The notes beneath the pieces were generated by a model that did no database searches, was not told where the DNA came from, and saw only the letters and a list, made by a program, of their open reading frames with translations. A stretch of 64,000 bases of DNA from Blastocatellia bacterium (GTDB lineage: Bacteria; Acidobacteriota; Blastocatellia; UBA7656), in contig CAVXWP010000003.1 of NCBI GenBank assembly GCA_963765495.1, positions 64,001 to 128,000 on the forward strand. The letters are read 5' to 3'. Every line of letters starts with the position of its first letter. Position 1 is the first letter of the stretch. This document shows positions 41,486 through 52,161 of the stretch, in pieces. The position numbers and the translations under genes were made by a program.

Positions 41486-43909
41486 ATGAATGCCCTGTCT
41501 GTTTACACATTGGATTTCGATCAAATTGGCTTGAAAGATATCGCAACTGTAGGCGGTAAGAATGCTTCTCTCGGCCAGTTATTTAATGCACTCAAACCTG
41601 CGGGAGTGGGCGTGCCTGACGGATTTGCAACCACATCGGAAGCCTATCGCCGGCTGCTTGCCGAAGGCAATCTCAAAGACAAGCTGCGCACGTTACTTTC
41701 TGATTTTGATCCCGACAACTTGGACGAGCTTGCCCGGCGCGGCGTTGCCGCGCGCCGCGCGATCCTCGAAACGCCACTGCCTGATGAAGTGCGGGTGGCG
41801 GTCCTCGCCGCTTATGACCAGTTGTGCGCGCGGCTTGGGCGCGAACCTGAGATGGCCGTGCGTTCTTCGGCAACGGCGGAAGATTTACCGGAAGCTTCGT
41901 TTGCCGGACAGCAGGAGACTTTCCTGAACGTGCGCGGGCGCGAAGGACTGCTGGCGGCAGTTCACTCCTGCCTCGCCTCCCTGTTTACAGACCGCGCGAT
42001 CAGCTATCGGGCAAGGCTCGGATATGACCACCTCGATGTTGCGCTTTCAGTCGGGGTGCAACCGATGGTGCGCTCCGACAAGGCGAGCGCGGGCGTGATC
42101 TTCACGCTTGACCCTGATTCGGGATTTCGAGATGTGGTAGTCGTCACAGCCTCTTACGGGCTGGGTGAGTTTGTAGTTCAGGGAGTGGTTACCCCGGACG
42201 AATGGACCGTCTTTAAGCCGACTCTCGAAGATGAATACAAGCCCATCATCGGACGGCATCTCGGCACAAAGGAGGTGCGTCTGATCTACGGAGACGGCAC
42301 ACGCACAACACGCAGCGAGCCGACCCCGCTCTCCGACCGCTCCCGCTTCTCGCTTGCCGACGAGGAAGTACTAAAACTCGCCCGCTGGGCCTGCCTGATC
42401 GAGGAGCATTATTCAAGCCTGGCCGGACGCCCGCAGCCGATGGACATCGAGTGGGCAAAAGACGGAATCACAGGCGAACTGTTTATCCTACAGGCACGCC
42501 CCGAAACTGTTCATTCGTCCAAGCCGCGAACGGCGGTTGCCGAGGTTTATCATTTGACGGGCAGGCACACTGCGCCGCTTGTCAAGGGACAGGCCGTGGG
42601 CGAAAAGATCGGGGCAGGCAAGATACGTGTAGTTCGCGATGTTTCCGGTCTAACAACGGTAAAGCAAGGCGATGTGCTTGTCGCTGAGAAGACCGACCCG
42701 GATTGGGAGCCTGTGATGAAGCGTGTCGCCGCCATAGTCACAGATAAAGGCGGACGCACGGCTCATGCTGCTATTGTCTCGCGGGAACTGGGCCTGCCCT
42801 GCATAGTCGGAACCGGCAACGCAACACGCACTCTGCGCGATGCTGATGAGGTGACAGTCTGTTGTGCCGAGGGCTCAGAAGGGCATGTCTATGCCGGAAG
42901 CATAGCGTTTGAAGTTGAACGGATAGATGCGACAAGTCTCCCCGCAACGCGCACAAAGGTGATGTTAAATGTGGCCGACCCCGGCCAGGCATTTTCGCTT
43001 GCCCTGATTCCAAACTCGGGCGTGGGCCTTGCTCGAATAGAATTCATTATCACAAATGATATCGGCATCCACCCCATGGCGCTCGCACGATTCCCAAGAC
43101 TAAAGGATACATATGCAGTCGCAGAAATTGGTTCGCGTGTAGGGGGTGAAGACCCACGTGAATTCTTCATCCGCCGTTTGAGCGAAGGCATAGGTCGAAT
43201 AGCAGCGGCCTTCTATCCGAAACCCGTCATCGTGCGCACAAGCGATTTCAAGACGAACGAATACGCGCGCCTCACAGGCGGTTGCGAGTTTGAGCCTGAG
43301 GAAGAGAACCCGATGCTCGGGTTTCGCGGCGCATCACGCTACTACGACCCGCGTTACAGTGAGGGCTTTGCGCTCGAATGCGAGGCGCTCGCGCGGGTGC
43401 GGGGCCGGATGGGACTCAGGAATGTGAAAGTAATGATCCCGTTCTGTCGCACTGTACAAGAGGCAAGGCAGGTTCTTGCTGTACTGGCACAAAATGGCCT
43501 GCGCCAGGGTAAAGATGGTCTTGAGGTCTACGCGATGTGCGAGATTCCCGCAAACATCGAGTTGGCCGAGGAATTCCTAGAACTCTTTGACGGCTACTCA
43601 ATAGGGTCAAACGATCTCACGCAGCTTGCCTTGGGAATAGACCGCGACTCCGGCACCATCGCGCATCTGTTTGATGAACGCAACGAGGCCGTTCAAAAGA
43701 TGATTGCGAGGGCAATAGAAGCCGCACGACGAGCCTCAAAACCAATTGGGATTTGCGGACAAGCGCCATCAGACTACCCTGAGTTTGCGGCCTGGCTTGT
43801 TGAGCAAGGCATAAACTCGATCTCGCTCAACCCGGACGCGGCTATGAAGACCGCTCTTACGATTGCCGAGGCGGAAACGAAATACAAGAAGTCTTTTTCA
43901 GCAAAATAA
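41486..43909 (+). CDS. ppsA: Phosphoenolpyruvate synthase
   Basis: VGGKNASLG, VRSSATAEDL, GGRTAHAAIVSRE (phospho-His), SIGSNDL. Confidence 0.95.
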   Translation: MNALSVYTLDFDQIGLKDIATVGGKNASLGQLFNALKPAGVGVPDGFATTSEAYRRLLAEGNLKDKLRTLLSDFDPDNLDELARRGVAARRAILETPLPDEVRVAVLAAYDQLCARLGREPEMAVRSSATAEDLPEASFAGQQETFLNVRGREGLLAAVHSCLASLFTDRAISYRARLGYDHLDVALSVGVQPMVRSDKASAGVIFTLDPDSGFRDVVVVTASYGLGEFVVQGVVTPDEWTVFKPTLEDEYKPIIGRHLGTKEVRLIYGDGTRTTRSEPTPLSDRSRFSLADEEVLKLARWACLIEEHYSSLAGRPQPMDIEWAKDGITGELFILQARPETVHSSKPRTAVAEVYHLTGRHTAPLVKGQAVGEKIGAGKIRVVRDVSGLTTVKQGDVLVAEKTDPDWEPVMKRVAAIVTDKGGRTAHAAIVSRELGLPCIVGTGNATRTLRDADEVTVCCAEGSEGHVYAGSIAFEVERIDATSLPATRTKVMLNVADPGQAFSLALIPNSGVGLARIEFIITNDIGIHPMALARFPRLKDTYAVAEIGSRVGGEDPREFFIRRLSEGIGRIAAAFYPKPVIVRTSDFKTNEYARLTGGCEFEPEEENPMLGFRGASRYYDPRYSEGFALECEALARVRGRMGLRNVKVMIPFCRTVQEARQVLAVLAQNGLRQGKDGLEVYAMCEIPANIELAEEFLELFDGYSIGSNDLTQLALGIDRDSGTIAHLFDERNEAVQKMIARAIEAARRASKPIGICGQAPSDYPEFAAWLVEQGINSISLNPDAAMKTALTIAEAETKYKKSFSAK

Positions 43910-43977
43910 TACATCCTGGAGGAGGTTGAAAAACAACTTTATGTCAAAAGGTTATCAGTGAGACGAACGGAGGCAGT

Positions 43978-44490
43978 ATGAATACAAAACTGATTTCATT
44001 GTTGCTTGCTCTCATGTCTATCTATGTCTTTGCGCCAGAAAAGCAAACGGGTCAAGAGTTCGTTGACGAAGCAGGCGGGTACAAACTCACGCTCTCAGGA
44101 GACTGGCATCCCGTCGCTTATACAGATGCAGTTGGGCGGTCGAAGACGGAATTCGTCTACCGCGAGCGCGACGAAGGCTTGTTACGGATCAATAAAGAGA
44201 GCTTAAAACGTCGTTCGGTCGCCGATATTATCCGAAATGAACTGGAAGGGTTGAAACTTTGTCAGCCGGGCGTCACCGTAGGCAGTGACGAGGTGTTCGC
44301 CGGAGAGATGCTGGTAGGCAGGCGGGTCGCCTTCTGCTATATCGAGGGCAGCCGGTGGGTTGCAGCCACGTATTACTTTCTTGAAGACGGGGACTCGGTT
44401 TGGATTCTGCGCTTTACAGGACGCATGGGCTTTCTCGACGCAAACCGAGACGTGACCGATCGCATGGCGCGAAGCTTTTGCCCTATGTAG
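43978..44490 (+). CDS. Hypothetical exported protein
   Basis: GGAGG RBS, signal-like N-terminus, operon context. Confidence 0.7.
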   Translation: MNTKLISLLLALMSIYVFAPEKQTGQEFVDEAGGYKLTLSGDWHPVAYTDAVGRSKTEFVYRERDEGLLRINKESLKRRSVADIIRNELEGLKLCQPGVTVGSDEVFAGEMLVGRRVAFCYIEGSRWVAATYYFLEDGDSVWILRFTGRMGFLDANRDVTDRMARSFCPM

Positions 44491-44527
44491 CCTTTGCCCT
44501 TGCTTACGACGATCACAAGGAGATGAA

Positions 44528-45436
44528 ATGAAAACGAGATACTTTGAGGCCAGTCCCTCTACGCCAGCGATAGAGTTCAGAAATGTCTCATTGAGCTTTG
44601 ACCAGACTCAAGCTCTCAAGGGTGTCAGCTTCGAACTTCGGCGAGGTCAGATGATAATCATTACGGGCCTTTCGCTTTCAGGCAAATCCGTGCTCTTGCA
44701 TCTGGCCATAGGACTGCTCGAACCCGACGAGGGAGAAATCCTGATTAACGGCCGTGCCATTCAATCACTGGATGAAAAAGAGCTTCTCCAGTTGCGAAGC
44801 ACCTCGATGGGGATAGTCTTTCAGGAGGACACCCTCTTTACGAGCCTGACTGTTTATGAAAATACAGCCTACCGCCTCACAGAGCACGGATGGTCGGAAG
44901 CGGATACGGATCGCGCTGTGCAAAAAATCCTGCAATTCGTCGGACTGGAAAAGGACATGGAAAAACTTCCCGAAGAGCTGTCAATCGGCATGAGGCGACG
45001 CTTAGAGATAGCGCGGGCGCTTGCGGGCTGGCCGCCCGTAATGTTGTTTGACGAGCCGACTTCGGGGCTTGACCCGTTGAGCGCAAGAAAGGTTCTTGAT
45101 CTCGTGATTCGCGCCCGCGACATACACGACATCTCTTCGCTTTATGTGACCAAAGAACTTCACGAGATTGCCTATCTTGTGGGTCATCGCGCAGTCAAAG
45201 AGGAAGAAGGAATATTTCAGGTCCGCAAAGTGAGTGCGCGGCAATCGGGTCAGATGAAGGTGATGGTGCTTGATAGTGGAAAGATAGGTTTCTTTGGCGA
45301 TGTGGATGAGTTTGAAAAAAGCTCTCTTCCAGCCGTTACCAAATTGACGCACCCTGCGGCAAGCCTGCGTGTTACGAACTCTTATATAGCCGATCCCTGG
45401 AGCAAGGCTCGAAAGCTCAGAGAGGGTCGCAGGTAA
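44528..45436 (+). CDS. ABC transporter ATP-binding protein, MlaF-like
   Basis: Walker A GLSLSGKS, signature LSIGM, FDEPTSGLDP; no partner permease adjacent. Confidence 0.85.
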   Translation: MKTRYFEASPSTPAIEFRNVSLSFDQTQALKGVSFELRRGQMIIITGLSLSGKSVLLHLAIGLLEPDEGEILINGRAIQSLDEKELLQLRSTSMGIVFQEDTLFTSLTVYENTAYRLTEHGWSEADTDRAVQKILQFVGLEKDMEKLPEELSIGMRRRLEIARALAGWPPVMLFDEPTSGLDPLSARKVLDLVIRARDIHDISSLYVTKELHEIAYLVGHRAVKEEEGIFQVRKVSARQSGQMKVMVLDSGKIGFFGDVDEFEKSSLPAVTKLTHPAASLRVTNSYIADPWSKARKLREGRR

Positions 45437-45504
45437 GTGAAAAATACTTTGACAGGATTAGACAAGATTAAGAGATATCCAAGAGGCTTCTCTCTTAATC
45501 TTGT
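45436..45504. repeat. Hairpin repeat related to 22644-22690
   Basis: AGTGAAAAATACTTTGACAGGATTAG; arms ACAAGATTAAGAGA / TCTCTTAATCTTGT. Confidence 0.65.
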
Positions 45505-45627
45505 AAGCCACGGCGAAAAAATCCGGTATCCGCAGTAGTGTTTGTGATTGGTTAGAAAGGATATGATATTCATATCAACCTCCTACGCCTTCACGGTTAA
45601 AGCATGCCGGTCTCGGCGGCTTCCAAA

Positions 45628-46104
45628 TCACAATCTGATACAAGAACGAACGCTCAATACAGGGCGATTCGAAAGCCTTAAAACTCGCTCGGCTACCGAT
45701 CCGAACGCGATCTGTCGCCAGCCTGTCATGCCGTGTGTAGAGATCACTATCAAACCGGCATGTTCGCCGTCGGCTATGCGCACAATCTCGTTTGCCGGGT
45801 CTCCGGCACCAACGATTGCGCGTGATTTCACTTCTCCGGGAAGGTGCTTTTTTATTACTTCGTGCAACTTCTGTTGAGCACAGGTGTGTAACGCATCTTC
45901 GAACTCAGACAATCCCGGCTCATACATCTCCAGTTCTTCGGATAACCGTCCGGCCCAGTTTGGGCGCGGTATCTCAGGCAGTATGTGGACTAAACATAGC
46001 TCGGCCTCGAAGTGCGAGGCTAATTCCGATGCAGTCTTGAGCGCCTCGTATGAACAATCGCTGAAATCGGTTGTGCAAAGAATTTTTTTCAACGGCAATA
46101 ACAT
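45628..46104 (-). CDS. Universal stress protein
   Basis: KILCTTDFS, THGMTG..FGSVAERV..PVL. Confidence 0.9.
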   Translation of the reverse strand: MLLPLKKILCTTDFSDCSYEALKTASELASHFEAELCLVHILPEIPRPNWAGRLSEELEMYEPGLSEFEDALHTCAQQKLHEVIKKHLPGEVKSRAIVGAGDPANEIVRIADGEHAGLIVISTHGMTGWRQIAFGSVAERVLRLSNRPVLSVRSCIRL

Positions 46105-46140
46105 TTTGCTTCTCCTTAAGGGCATCTCTTAAGCCCTTGA

Positions 46141-47046
46141 TCATCTTCGATCATCATCGAATCGGGCGCGGGCGCGGACCACCTCCACCGAGCAGTGGGC
46201 GTGCGCTGCAACAGCCTCCGAGACACTCCCCATAAACAGGCGCGAAAGACCGCGCCGTCCATGCGAGCCTACGAAAAGCAGATCCGCGCCCCACTGCTCG
46301 GCCTCTTCTACGATCACAGACTTTGGATATCCCTTTAGCACACACGCGGTCACATTCAACTCCGAGTCAGCCAATATCGCGCGGGCAGCCGTGATGTCCC
46401 CTTCTGCCTGTCTGAGGACCGCGCTTTCAATCCGTGCGACATCTTCCGGTGTGCCCTTCCACGGTTCAATCACGGGATCGGGAATGTCAACGACCGTTAT
46501 TACTTTGATCTCGCTCGCTTCTGGCCAGGGTCGCGCAACGATGGAGCGGGCGGCATCGAGCGAGAAATCCGATCCATCGGTGGCAAGCAGTATCTGCATA
46601 GCTCCACCTTCGGGCTTTGACACACGCGGGCCTGGGCGCACTATCTCGACCGAGCACGGAGCCTGGCGGACGACTATCTGGGCTGTGCTGCCAAGCAAGA
46701 ATCGCTCTACGCGACTTAGCCCGTGCGAGCCGACAATCACAAGGTCTGCCGTCCAATCTCTTGCGTAATCAACGATGCATGATGGCGGATAACCTTCAAT
46801 GACCTCCGTTCGAACTTCAAACGAGCGAAAGATGAGTTTGTCGGCAACGGAATTGACAAGAGCCTCCGATTTCCGAAGCGCTGTTTCGCGCAACGTGCCA
46901 AGCGCAGGGAAACCAACCATTGGGATGAGCAAATCCACTACGTTGAGGACACAAAACTCAGCCTGCTCGGGCCACGGTCGCGCCAGTATCTCCGACACGG
47001 TGGCTTCGGATGAAGGTGATGGATCAATAGCGAGGAGGATTCTCAT
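46141..47046 (-). CDS. Tandem-domain universal stress protein
   Basis: Two USP domains, each with GSHG..GS(T/V)..CSVE. Confidence 0.92.
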   Translation of the reverse strand: MRILLAIDPSPSSEATVSEILARPWPEQAEFCVLNVVDLLIPMVGFPALGTLRETALRKSEALVNSVADKLIFRSFEVRTEVIEGYPPSCIVDYARDWTADLVIVGSHGLSRVERFLLGSTAQIVVRQAPCSVEIVRPGPRVSKPEGGAMQILLATDGSDFSLDAARSIVARPWPEASEIKVITVVDIPDPVIEPWKGTPEDVARIESAVLRQAEGDITAARAILADSELNVTACVLKGYPKSVIVEEAEQWGADLLFVGSHGRRGLSRLFMGSVSEAVAAHAHCSVEVVRARARFDDDRR

Positions 47047-47131
47047 TTTGGCACTCTCCTTTACTCGGTTGTGCCGGTCGGCATTATTTGTTTGCTCAGA
47101 GCGATGCTTGTCTATTAGCTACTATTGAGAA

Positions 47132-47147
47132 GGCAATAATGGTGCCG
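47132..47147 (-). promoter_or_regulatory. Putative sigma54 promoter
   Basis: Minus strand CGGCAC-CATTA-TTGCC upstream of the USP pair. Confidence 0.7.
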
Positions 47148-47572
47148 AATTTGCAGTTGCTGGTCCCGTATCAGAATCATCAAAATATGCGTGTACCTGA
47201 GTAACGCTCCCCTATGAGGATGAGTGAAATTCCGCTTTGTCGGCCGATATGACGCAGTGGATATATTACCCATCGAGCATGGCTCAAGCAGATTCAGACA
47301 AATGCCGAACGGCCTGACGGTTGCGAGAAGATTCAAAATGAGCGACGAGTGTTGCGTAGATCAAAGGTGAATGATCAGCATCAAGGTGAGCATTGAAAGC
47401 GCCTTAAGATCATCCAGTAAAATTTTGCTCTAGCAGATTCTGAAACCGAAGGGGTCGCTCATTGCCTGTATTCGGAATAATAACTCACTCAACGTGCGAG
47501 CGGGAACGGCGGCTGAGTGATTCATCTTTCAGCAATAAGTGCCGCCCGCGTGCAGGAAATGAGAACAAACCA

Positions 47573-48238
47573 ATGGTAGCCAGGACGCAAGTTGTAACCA
47601 AGGAGCACCTTCGCAAGAGTGCGCTTGAAGAGATAGATTTTGAGCCAGAGATCACATCAACCGATATCAGCGTAGCGGCTGGTGATGGGGTGATCACGCT
47701 CACAGGGTTTGTGCACAACTACGCAGAGAAATTTGCAGCTGAGAAGGCTGCGAAAAGGGTCTACGGCGTGAAGGCAGTTGCCAATGACATAGAGGTAAAA
47801 CCCGGAACCTTGCTGAGTGATCCTGAGATCGCCAGAAATGCTGTTCTTGCTCTCGAAACCCGCGTCAATGTCCCGGATGATCGGATCAAAGTCACGGTGA
47901 AGGATGGCTGGGTGACGCTTGAAGGCCAGGTTGACTGGCAATATCAAACGATAACAGCCGAGTCGGCAGTGAAGAATCTGACCGGGGTTAAAGGTGTCTC
48001 AAACCAGATAAGGGTAAAGCCAAAAGTCTCGCCAACTCAGGTGAAGACCAAGATAGAGGATGCCTTTCGCCGCAGCGCTGAAATAGATGCTCGCCGCATC
48101 AATGTGATTGCAAAAGACAGCGCTGTAAAGTTATACGGCAGCGTGCGCTCGTGGAACGAGAGACGAGAAGCAGAGCGAGCGGCCTGGGCCGCACCCGGAG
48201 TCTCTAAGGTCGAAAATCACATAAACATAGTGCCGTAA
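47573..48238 (+). CDS. BON-domain (OsmY-like) protein, three repeats
   Basis: [18 protein letters not shown]; [16 protein letters not shown]; [11 protein letters not shown]. Confidence 0.9.
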   Translation: MVARTQVVTKEHLRKSALEEIDFEPEITSTDISVAAGDGVITLTGFVHNYAEKFAAEKAAKRVYGVKAVANDIEVKPGTLLSDPEIARNAVLALETRVNVPDDRIKVTVKDGWVTLEGQVDWQYQTITAESAVKNLTGVKGVSNQIRVKPKVSPTQVKTKIEDAFRRSAEIDARRINVIAKDSAVKLYGSVRSWNERREAERAAWAAPGVSKVENHINIVP

Positions 48239-48325
48239 AAGCACAGGCGAAGACCTGGCCCCCCACTAAATGACGGACCGGGCCAGGTCTATTCTCCTCT
48301 CTTCATTCGGAGCAGGAAGGAGGTA

Positions 48326-48766
48326 GTGATGGTCGAGAAATACTGGGTCAACTTCATGCACGACAGGGATATTGGAGTACGGGGCATCGGCAAGACAAAA
48401 GGGGAGGCATTCGAGCAAGCAGCCATTGCGCTGACTGCTCTAGTCGCCGATCCTGACAAAGTGGCTCCGAAAGAAGTTATAGCAATCACCTGTGAAACTC
48501 CTGATGAGGCGCTGCTTTTTAGGGATTATCTGAATGCGCTTGTTTATGAGATGGCGACGCGAAAGATGCTGTTCAACCGGGTTGAAGTCCAATTTGATGA
48601 ACAGCAGTTACACGCTAAAGCCTGGGGGGAAAAGATTGACAGGTCAAAACACGAGCCTGCTGTAGATATAAAAGGCGCTACGGACACAGATCTCCTGGTC
48701 AAGCAGGATAATGACGGCACGTGGATGGCGCAATGCATTGTTGATGTGTGTGATCGCGAATCCTGA
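48326..48766 (+). CDS. Archease (possibly degenerate); no rtcB nearby
   Basis: HDRDIGVRGIG..AFEQAA, EPAVDIKGAT, AQCIVDV. Confidence 0.85.
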   Translation: MMVEKYWVNFMHDRDIGVRGIGKTKGEAFEQAAIALTALVADPDKVAPKEVIAITCETPDEALLFRDYLNALVYEMATRKMLFNRVEVQFDEQQLHAKAWGEKIDRSKHEPAVDIKGATDTDLLVKQDNDGTWMAQCIVDVCDRES

Positions 48767-48986
48767 CAATCTCTTGAGCAATATCCCCATCACATAAACA
48801 CAAAGAGAGCCGGCGGGTTAGTGTTTTCTGCGCATCAATCTGAATGCTTAGCTGAATATTTTTTCGGACAAAAGCTGATGCGCACTCTTCCCATAACGCT
48901 GCGTGCAAGCCCCCTTCTCAGATACTTGCTCGGAATCAGAAACCGATAAAGCGGCAGATAAAACGTACAACTGGTTCAAGAACTGT

Positions 48987-49002
48987 TGGCATAAATCTTG
49001 CT
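48987..49002 (+). promoter_or_regulatory. Putative sigma54 promoter
   Basis: TGGCAT-AAATC-TTGCT, near consensus, upstream of hsp20. Confidence 0.8.
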
Positions 49003-49125
49003 CATAAACATTATGAGGTGTGCGCTCGCACGTGCCCGGTTTTCTTGGCGGGCTTGAGAGTGTGCTTGAGAGTGTGACGGCGCGCACAATGGTTCTTATC
49101 GCAGTTCAAAAGGAGGTAAAAAAAC

Positions 49126-49596
49126 ATGGCAACAGGAACTGCACTCGCTCCTTTAAGGAGTCTTCGCAACCTCTTAACCCCTGATCCTTTTCAGAGGCTA
49201 AACAAACTCTTTGAGGAGTCCTTCGGCCCACTCGCTTTTCCGACCGAAGAGGCTCTTTCTCTCAGTGGGTGGACTCCATCTTGCGACATCTTTGAGACCG
49301 ACAACGAGATCGTCGTAAAGGCGGAACTTCCCGGAGTGAAGAAGGAGGATGTCAAGGTCGGCATCGAAGACGGTGTACTTTCAATAAACGGAGAACGCAA
49401 GTTCGAAGAAGAGACAAAGAAGGAGAATTACCTGAGGGTCGAACGCAGCTACGGCGCGTTCATGCGCAGCTTTACCCTGCCTACGCGAATTGATTCGAGC
49501 AAGGTAACAGCCGAGTTCAAGGATGGACTCTTGAAAGTGATGCTGCCGAAACGCGAAGAGGCAAAACCGAAAGGGATAGAGGTTAAGGTCGAATAA
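49126..49596 (+). CDS. Small heat-shock protein Hsp20
   Basis: [32 protein letters not shown]. Confidence 0.95.
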   Translation: MATGTALAPLRSLRNLLTPDPFQRLNKLFEESFGPLAFPTEEALSLSGWTPSCDIFETDNEIVVKAELPGVKKEDVKVGIEDGVLSINGERKFEEETKKENYLRVERSYGAFMRSFTLPTRIDSSKVTAEFKDGLLKVMLPKREEAKPKGIEVKVE

Positions 49597-49645
49597 ATAA
49601 TCATGCATGACGACCTGTGCTGCGCGCATAGGTCAGCCTGCCTTC

Positions 49646-49683
49646 CTCTGCCGCAGGTGAGCAGATTGTCACCTGCGGCAGAG
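49646..49683. other. 15-bp perfect intergenic hairpin between hsp20 and the USP gene
   Basis: CTCTGCCGCAGGTGA-N8-TCACCTGCGGCAGAG; no U-tract. Confidence 0.55.
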
Positions 49684-49704
49684 CACTAGCAGAGGAGGTG
49701 GAGT

Positions 49705-50598
49705 ATGAAAATAGCGATTGCATATGATGGTTCAAGCTGCGCAGACCTCGCGCTTGATGATCTGATTCGAGCAGGACTACCACAGAAAGTCGAGGCGCTA
49801 GTGATTTCCGTGGCTGAAATGCGGATGCCTCCCCCTCTGCCCTCAGCTTATGAAATCTTCGAATCAGCCAATGCTATAAGAAGCAAGATTGGGCTGGAAA
49901 CAGCAACCACCTCACGGGTAGTAGAGGATGCATATTCGCTTGCCTTTCAAGCAAGCAAACTCGTTCAGACGCGGTTCCCTCATTGGGAGGTTTGCGGTGA
50001 GGCTTATTCAGGCTCGCCTGCGGCAGAGATAATCGAAAGGGCAAGAGAGTGGGGAGCAGATCTCATCGTTTTGGGATCTCAAGGTCGTTTTGCACTTGGC
50101 CGACTCATCCTTGGAAGCGTATCGCAAAGAGTCGCGACAAATGCTCATTGTTCAGTGCGGGTAGCTCGAAAGGCGCGAGAAGACAAGGATGGGGGTGTGC
50201 GAATCGTGCTCGGCGTGGATGGGTCAGATCACTCGGGAGCTGCGGTACGAGCCGTTGCAGGACGGGAGTGGCCTGAGGGCAGCGAAGTGAGACTTGTTAC
50301 CTCAATTGACCCGTGGGATGCGTATGCGGTGGAGTCTGCCGATAAGCCTGCCGGAGTCCGCAGTATTCACCAATCAGCAGAGGCGTTCTTGTGCGAGGCA
50401 GGGCTTGAGGTTTCATCAGTTGTGGAGAAAGAAGAGGCAAAGCACCTGCTTGTGAGAGTTGCCGAAGAGTGGAAGGCAGATTCAATCTTTGTCGGCGCGC
50501 GAGGGTTGGGGCGTCTTGGACGACTTCTGCTTGGCAGCGTTTCAACCGCTGTTGTAGCGAATGCGCATTGTACGGTTGAGGTAATACGCACAGCCTGA
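49705..50598 (+). CDS. Tandem-domain universal stress protein
   Basis: IAYDGS, GSQG..LGSVS; GVDGS, GARG..LGSVS. Confidence 0.92.
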   Translation: MKIAIAYDGSSCADLALDDLIRAGLPQKVEALVISVAEMRMPPPLPSAYEIFESANAIRSKIGLETATTSRVVEDAYSLAFQASKLVQTRFPHWEVCGEAYSGSPAAEIIERAREWGADLIVLGSQGRFALGRLILGSVSQRVATNAHCSVRVARKAREDKDGGVRIVLGVDGSDHSGAAVRAVAGREWPEGSEVRLVTSIDPWDAYAVESADKPAGVRSIHQSAEAFLCEAGLEVSSVVEKEEAKHLLVRVAEEWKADSIFVGARGLGRLGRLLLGSVSTAVVANAHCTVEVIRTA

Positions 50599-50653
50599 CC
50601 TTGTGACAAAGGCCAAAGCTGCCCGGCAAATATTGACGAGGAGATAAACACAC

Positions 50654-51049
50654 ATGATCACAAGCAAGCAGAAAACAGACAGAAAATCGCACGATCTCAA
50701 CGGTTGGAGACAGGTAGAGCCGCGATTACTTGCTGAACGGGCAAGGGTGCTAGCGGTGCTCGCTGTAGACTCAATGTCTCCCGATGAACTTGTGAACGGA
50801 TGGCAGGAGCGCGATTCGGCATCTGAAGACGAGATACGCGACCTCGAATACATGCATCGCGGAACGCTCCGTCAGCAAATTATTCGGATTGATCGGGCAC
50901 TTGAGCGAATTAAGGCTGGCACCTACGGACTTTGCAGCAGATGCGGAGAAATGATTAATAGGCGGCGTCTGACGGATGAGCCGGGAGCCGAGTTTTGTCT
51001 TGCATGCCAGAAAATATTTGAGGGCGTAGCCGCTTCATCCACTATGTGA
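50654..51049 (+). CDS. TraR/DksA C4 zinc-finger protein
   Basis: IDRALERIKAGTYGLCSRCGE..RL..P..CLAC. Confidence 0.88.
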   Translation: MITSKQKTDRKSHDLNGWRQVEPRLLAERARVLAVLAVDSMSPDELVNGWQERDSASEDEIRDLEYMHRGTLRQQIIRIDRALERIKAGTYGLCSRCGEMINRRRLTDEPGAEFCLACQKIFEGVAASSTM

Positions 51050-51253
51050 GGCCGCTTGAAATGATGCACGCCACATCAATTGGAATGTTCGCCTTTAAAG
51101 TAAAGTAGGCCAGGCCATGCGAACCAAAAAGCAATACTCAAATGCAACTTTAGGGCAGCAGCCAGAGAGAAGAACTTGCGCGAGGCCTCATCGCTTGCCG
51201 ACACCCTCGGCGTAACTGGCGCAAGTTGGGCTTAATTTAGAAGGAGGCGAATT

Positions 51254-52159
51254 ATGCAAGACGGAGAGAATCCTTATGAAGAGAGCACCGATGATTACAA
51301 CTTGGTGCTTCTCAAAAAGTATCGCGTGAGCCTTGACGAATTGAAGCGCATAAGGAAAGCCGGGAAGATTCCGCCAGACAAGCTGCCGGAACTGGAGAAG
51401 AAAGAAGAGGCGCTTTACCAGAAATATCTCAAAGCCCTTGAAACAGGTGAAGTGCCGCATGGCCGAACAGTGCTGAATTTCTTGAAGGCGCTGAGCAAGA
51501 GCAAAAACGCATGGATACGTTCCCTGCCGGACAGGATAAAGAGGAGGCGGATAATCTTCCTCTATGAAAAATCGCTCGGACAAACAGACTTCGGTGCCTA
51601 CGGCGAGGTCAGGCAGGGCGACGAAGGCGATAGCCGCCCCGTGACGACCTATGTTGAAAACGGCAAGCAAAAGTTTCAGACGGCAAGAATGAATGGCGTA
51701 ATAAGAATTCGGCGTGAGTTTGGAGACAGCCTCCTGGGAACCGTGGCGCTCGGCGTTCATGAGTTCTGGCACATACTTGATAAAGAACTTAGGGAGAACG
51801 GCCTGGCGATGCCTGTCATCGCTGAGAAAGACCTTGCCGATGTCGAGCAGTGGGCCGATTACAACGCCGGACTTGCTTTGAACTCTATAGACGAATTGGA
51901 CGTCTATGACTTTCACAACGCGCTTTTTGACAAGGCATTGGATGAACGGAGGACCGGCACGTGGGGAAGTGATTGGAGGAGTATAGATCAGCAGCCAATC
52001 CTGCATAAGCTGAAACTCTTCGGGAGGTTTAAGGGCCGTGTTGAGCCATTCAGGATCGGCGACAAACCAATATTGGATTTGCCGCACTTGTTCAATAACG
52101 GGTTAAATGCTGGCCCCGGATCGAACCATCCGGGCATGGGTGGCGGAGCCTCAGGATAG
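51254..52159 (+). CDS. Hypothetical protein with HEXXH zinc-metalloprotease motif and Gly-rich C-terminal tail
   Basis: AAGGAGG RBS; GVHEFWH followed ~25 aa later by VEQWAD; ends GPGSNHPGMGGGASG. Confidence 0.65.
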   Translation: MQDGENPYEESTDDYNLVLLKKYRVSLDELKRIRKAGKIPPDKLPELEKKEEALYQKYLKALETGEVPHGRTVLNFLKALSKSKNAWIRSLPDRIKRRRIIFLYEKSLGQTDFGAYGEVRQGDEGDSRPVTTYVENGKQKFQTARMNGVIRIRREFGDSLLGTVALGVHEFWHILDKELRENGLAMPVIAEKDLADVEQWADYNAGLALNSIDELDVYDFHNALFDKALDERRTGTWGSDWRSIDQQPILHKLKLFGRFKGRVEPFRIGDKPILDLPHLFNNGLNAGPGSNHPGMGGGASG

Positions 52160-52161
52160 AG

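Noticed and set aside
51188-52087. 299-aa minus-strand ORF over the HEXXH gene
   Set aside because: The plus-strand ORF has the strong RBS, a catalytic motif and operon context; this one has none.
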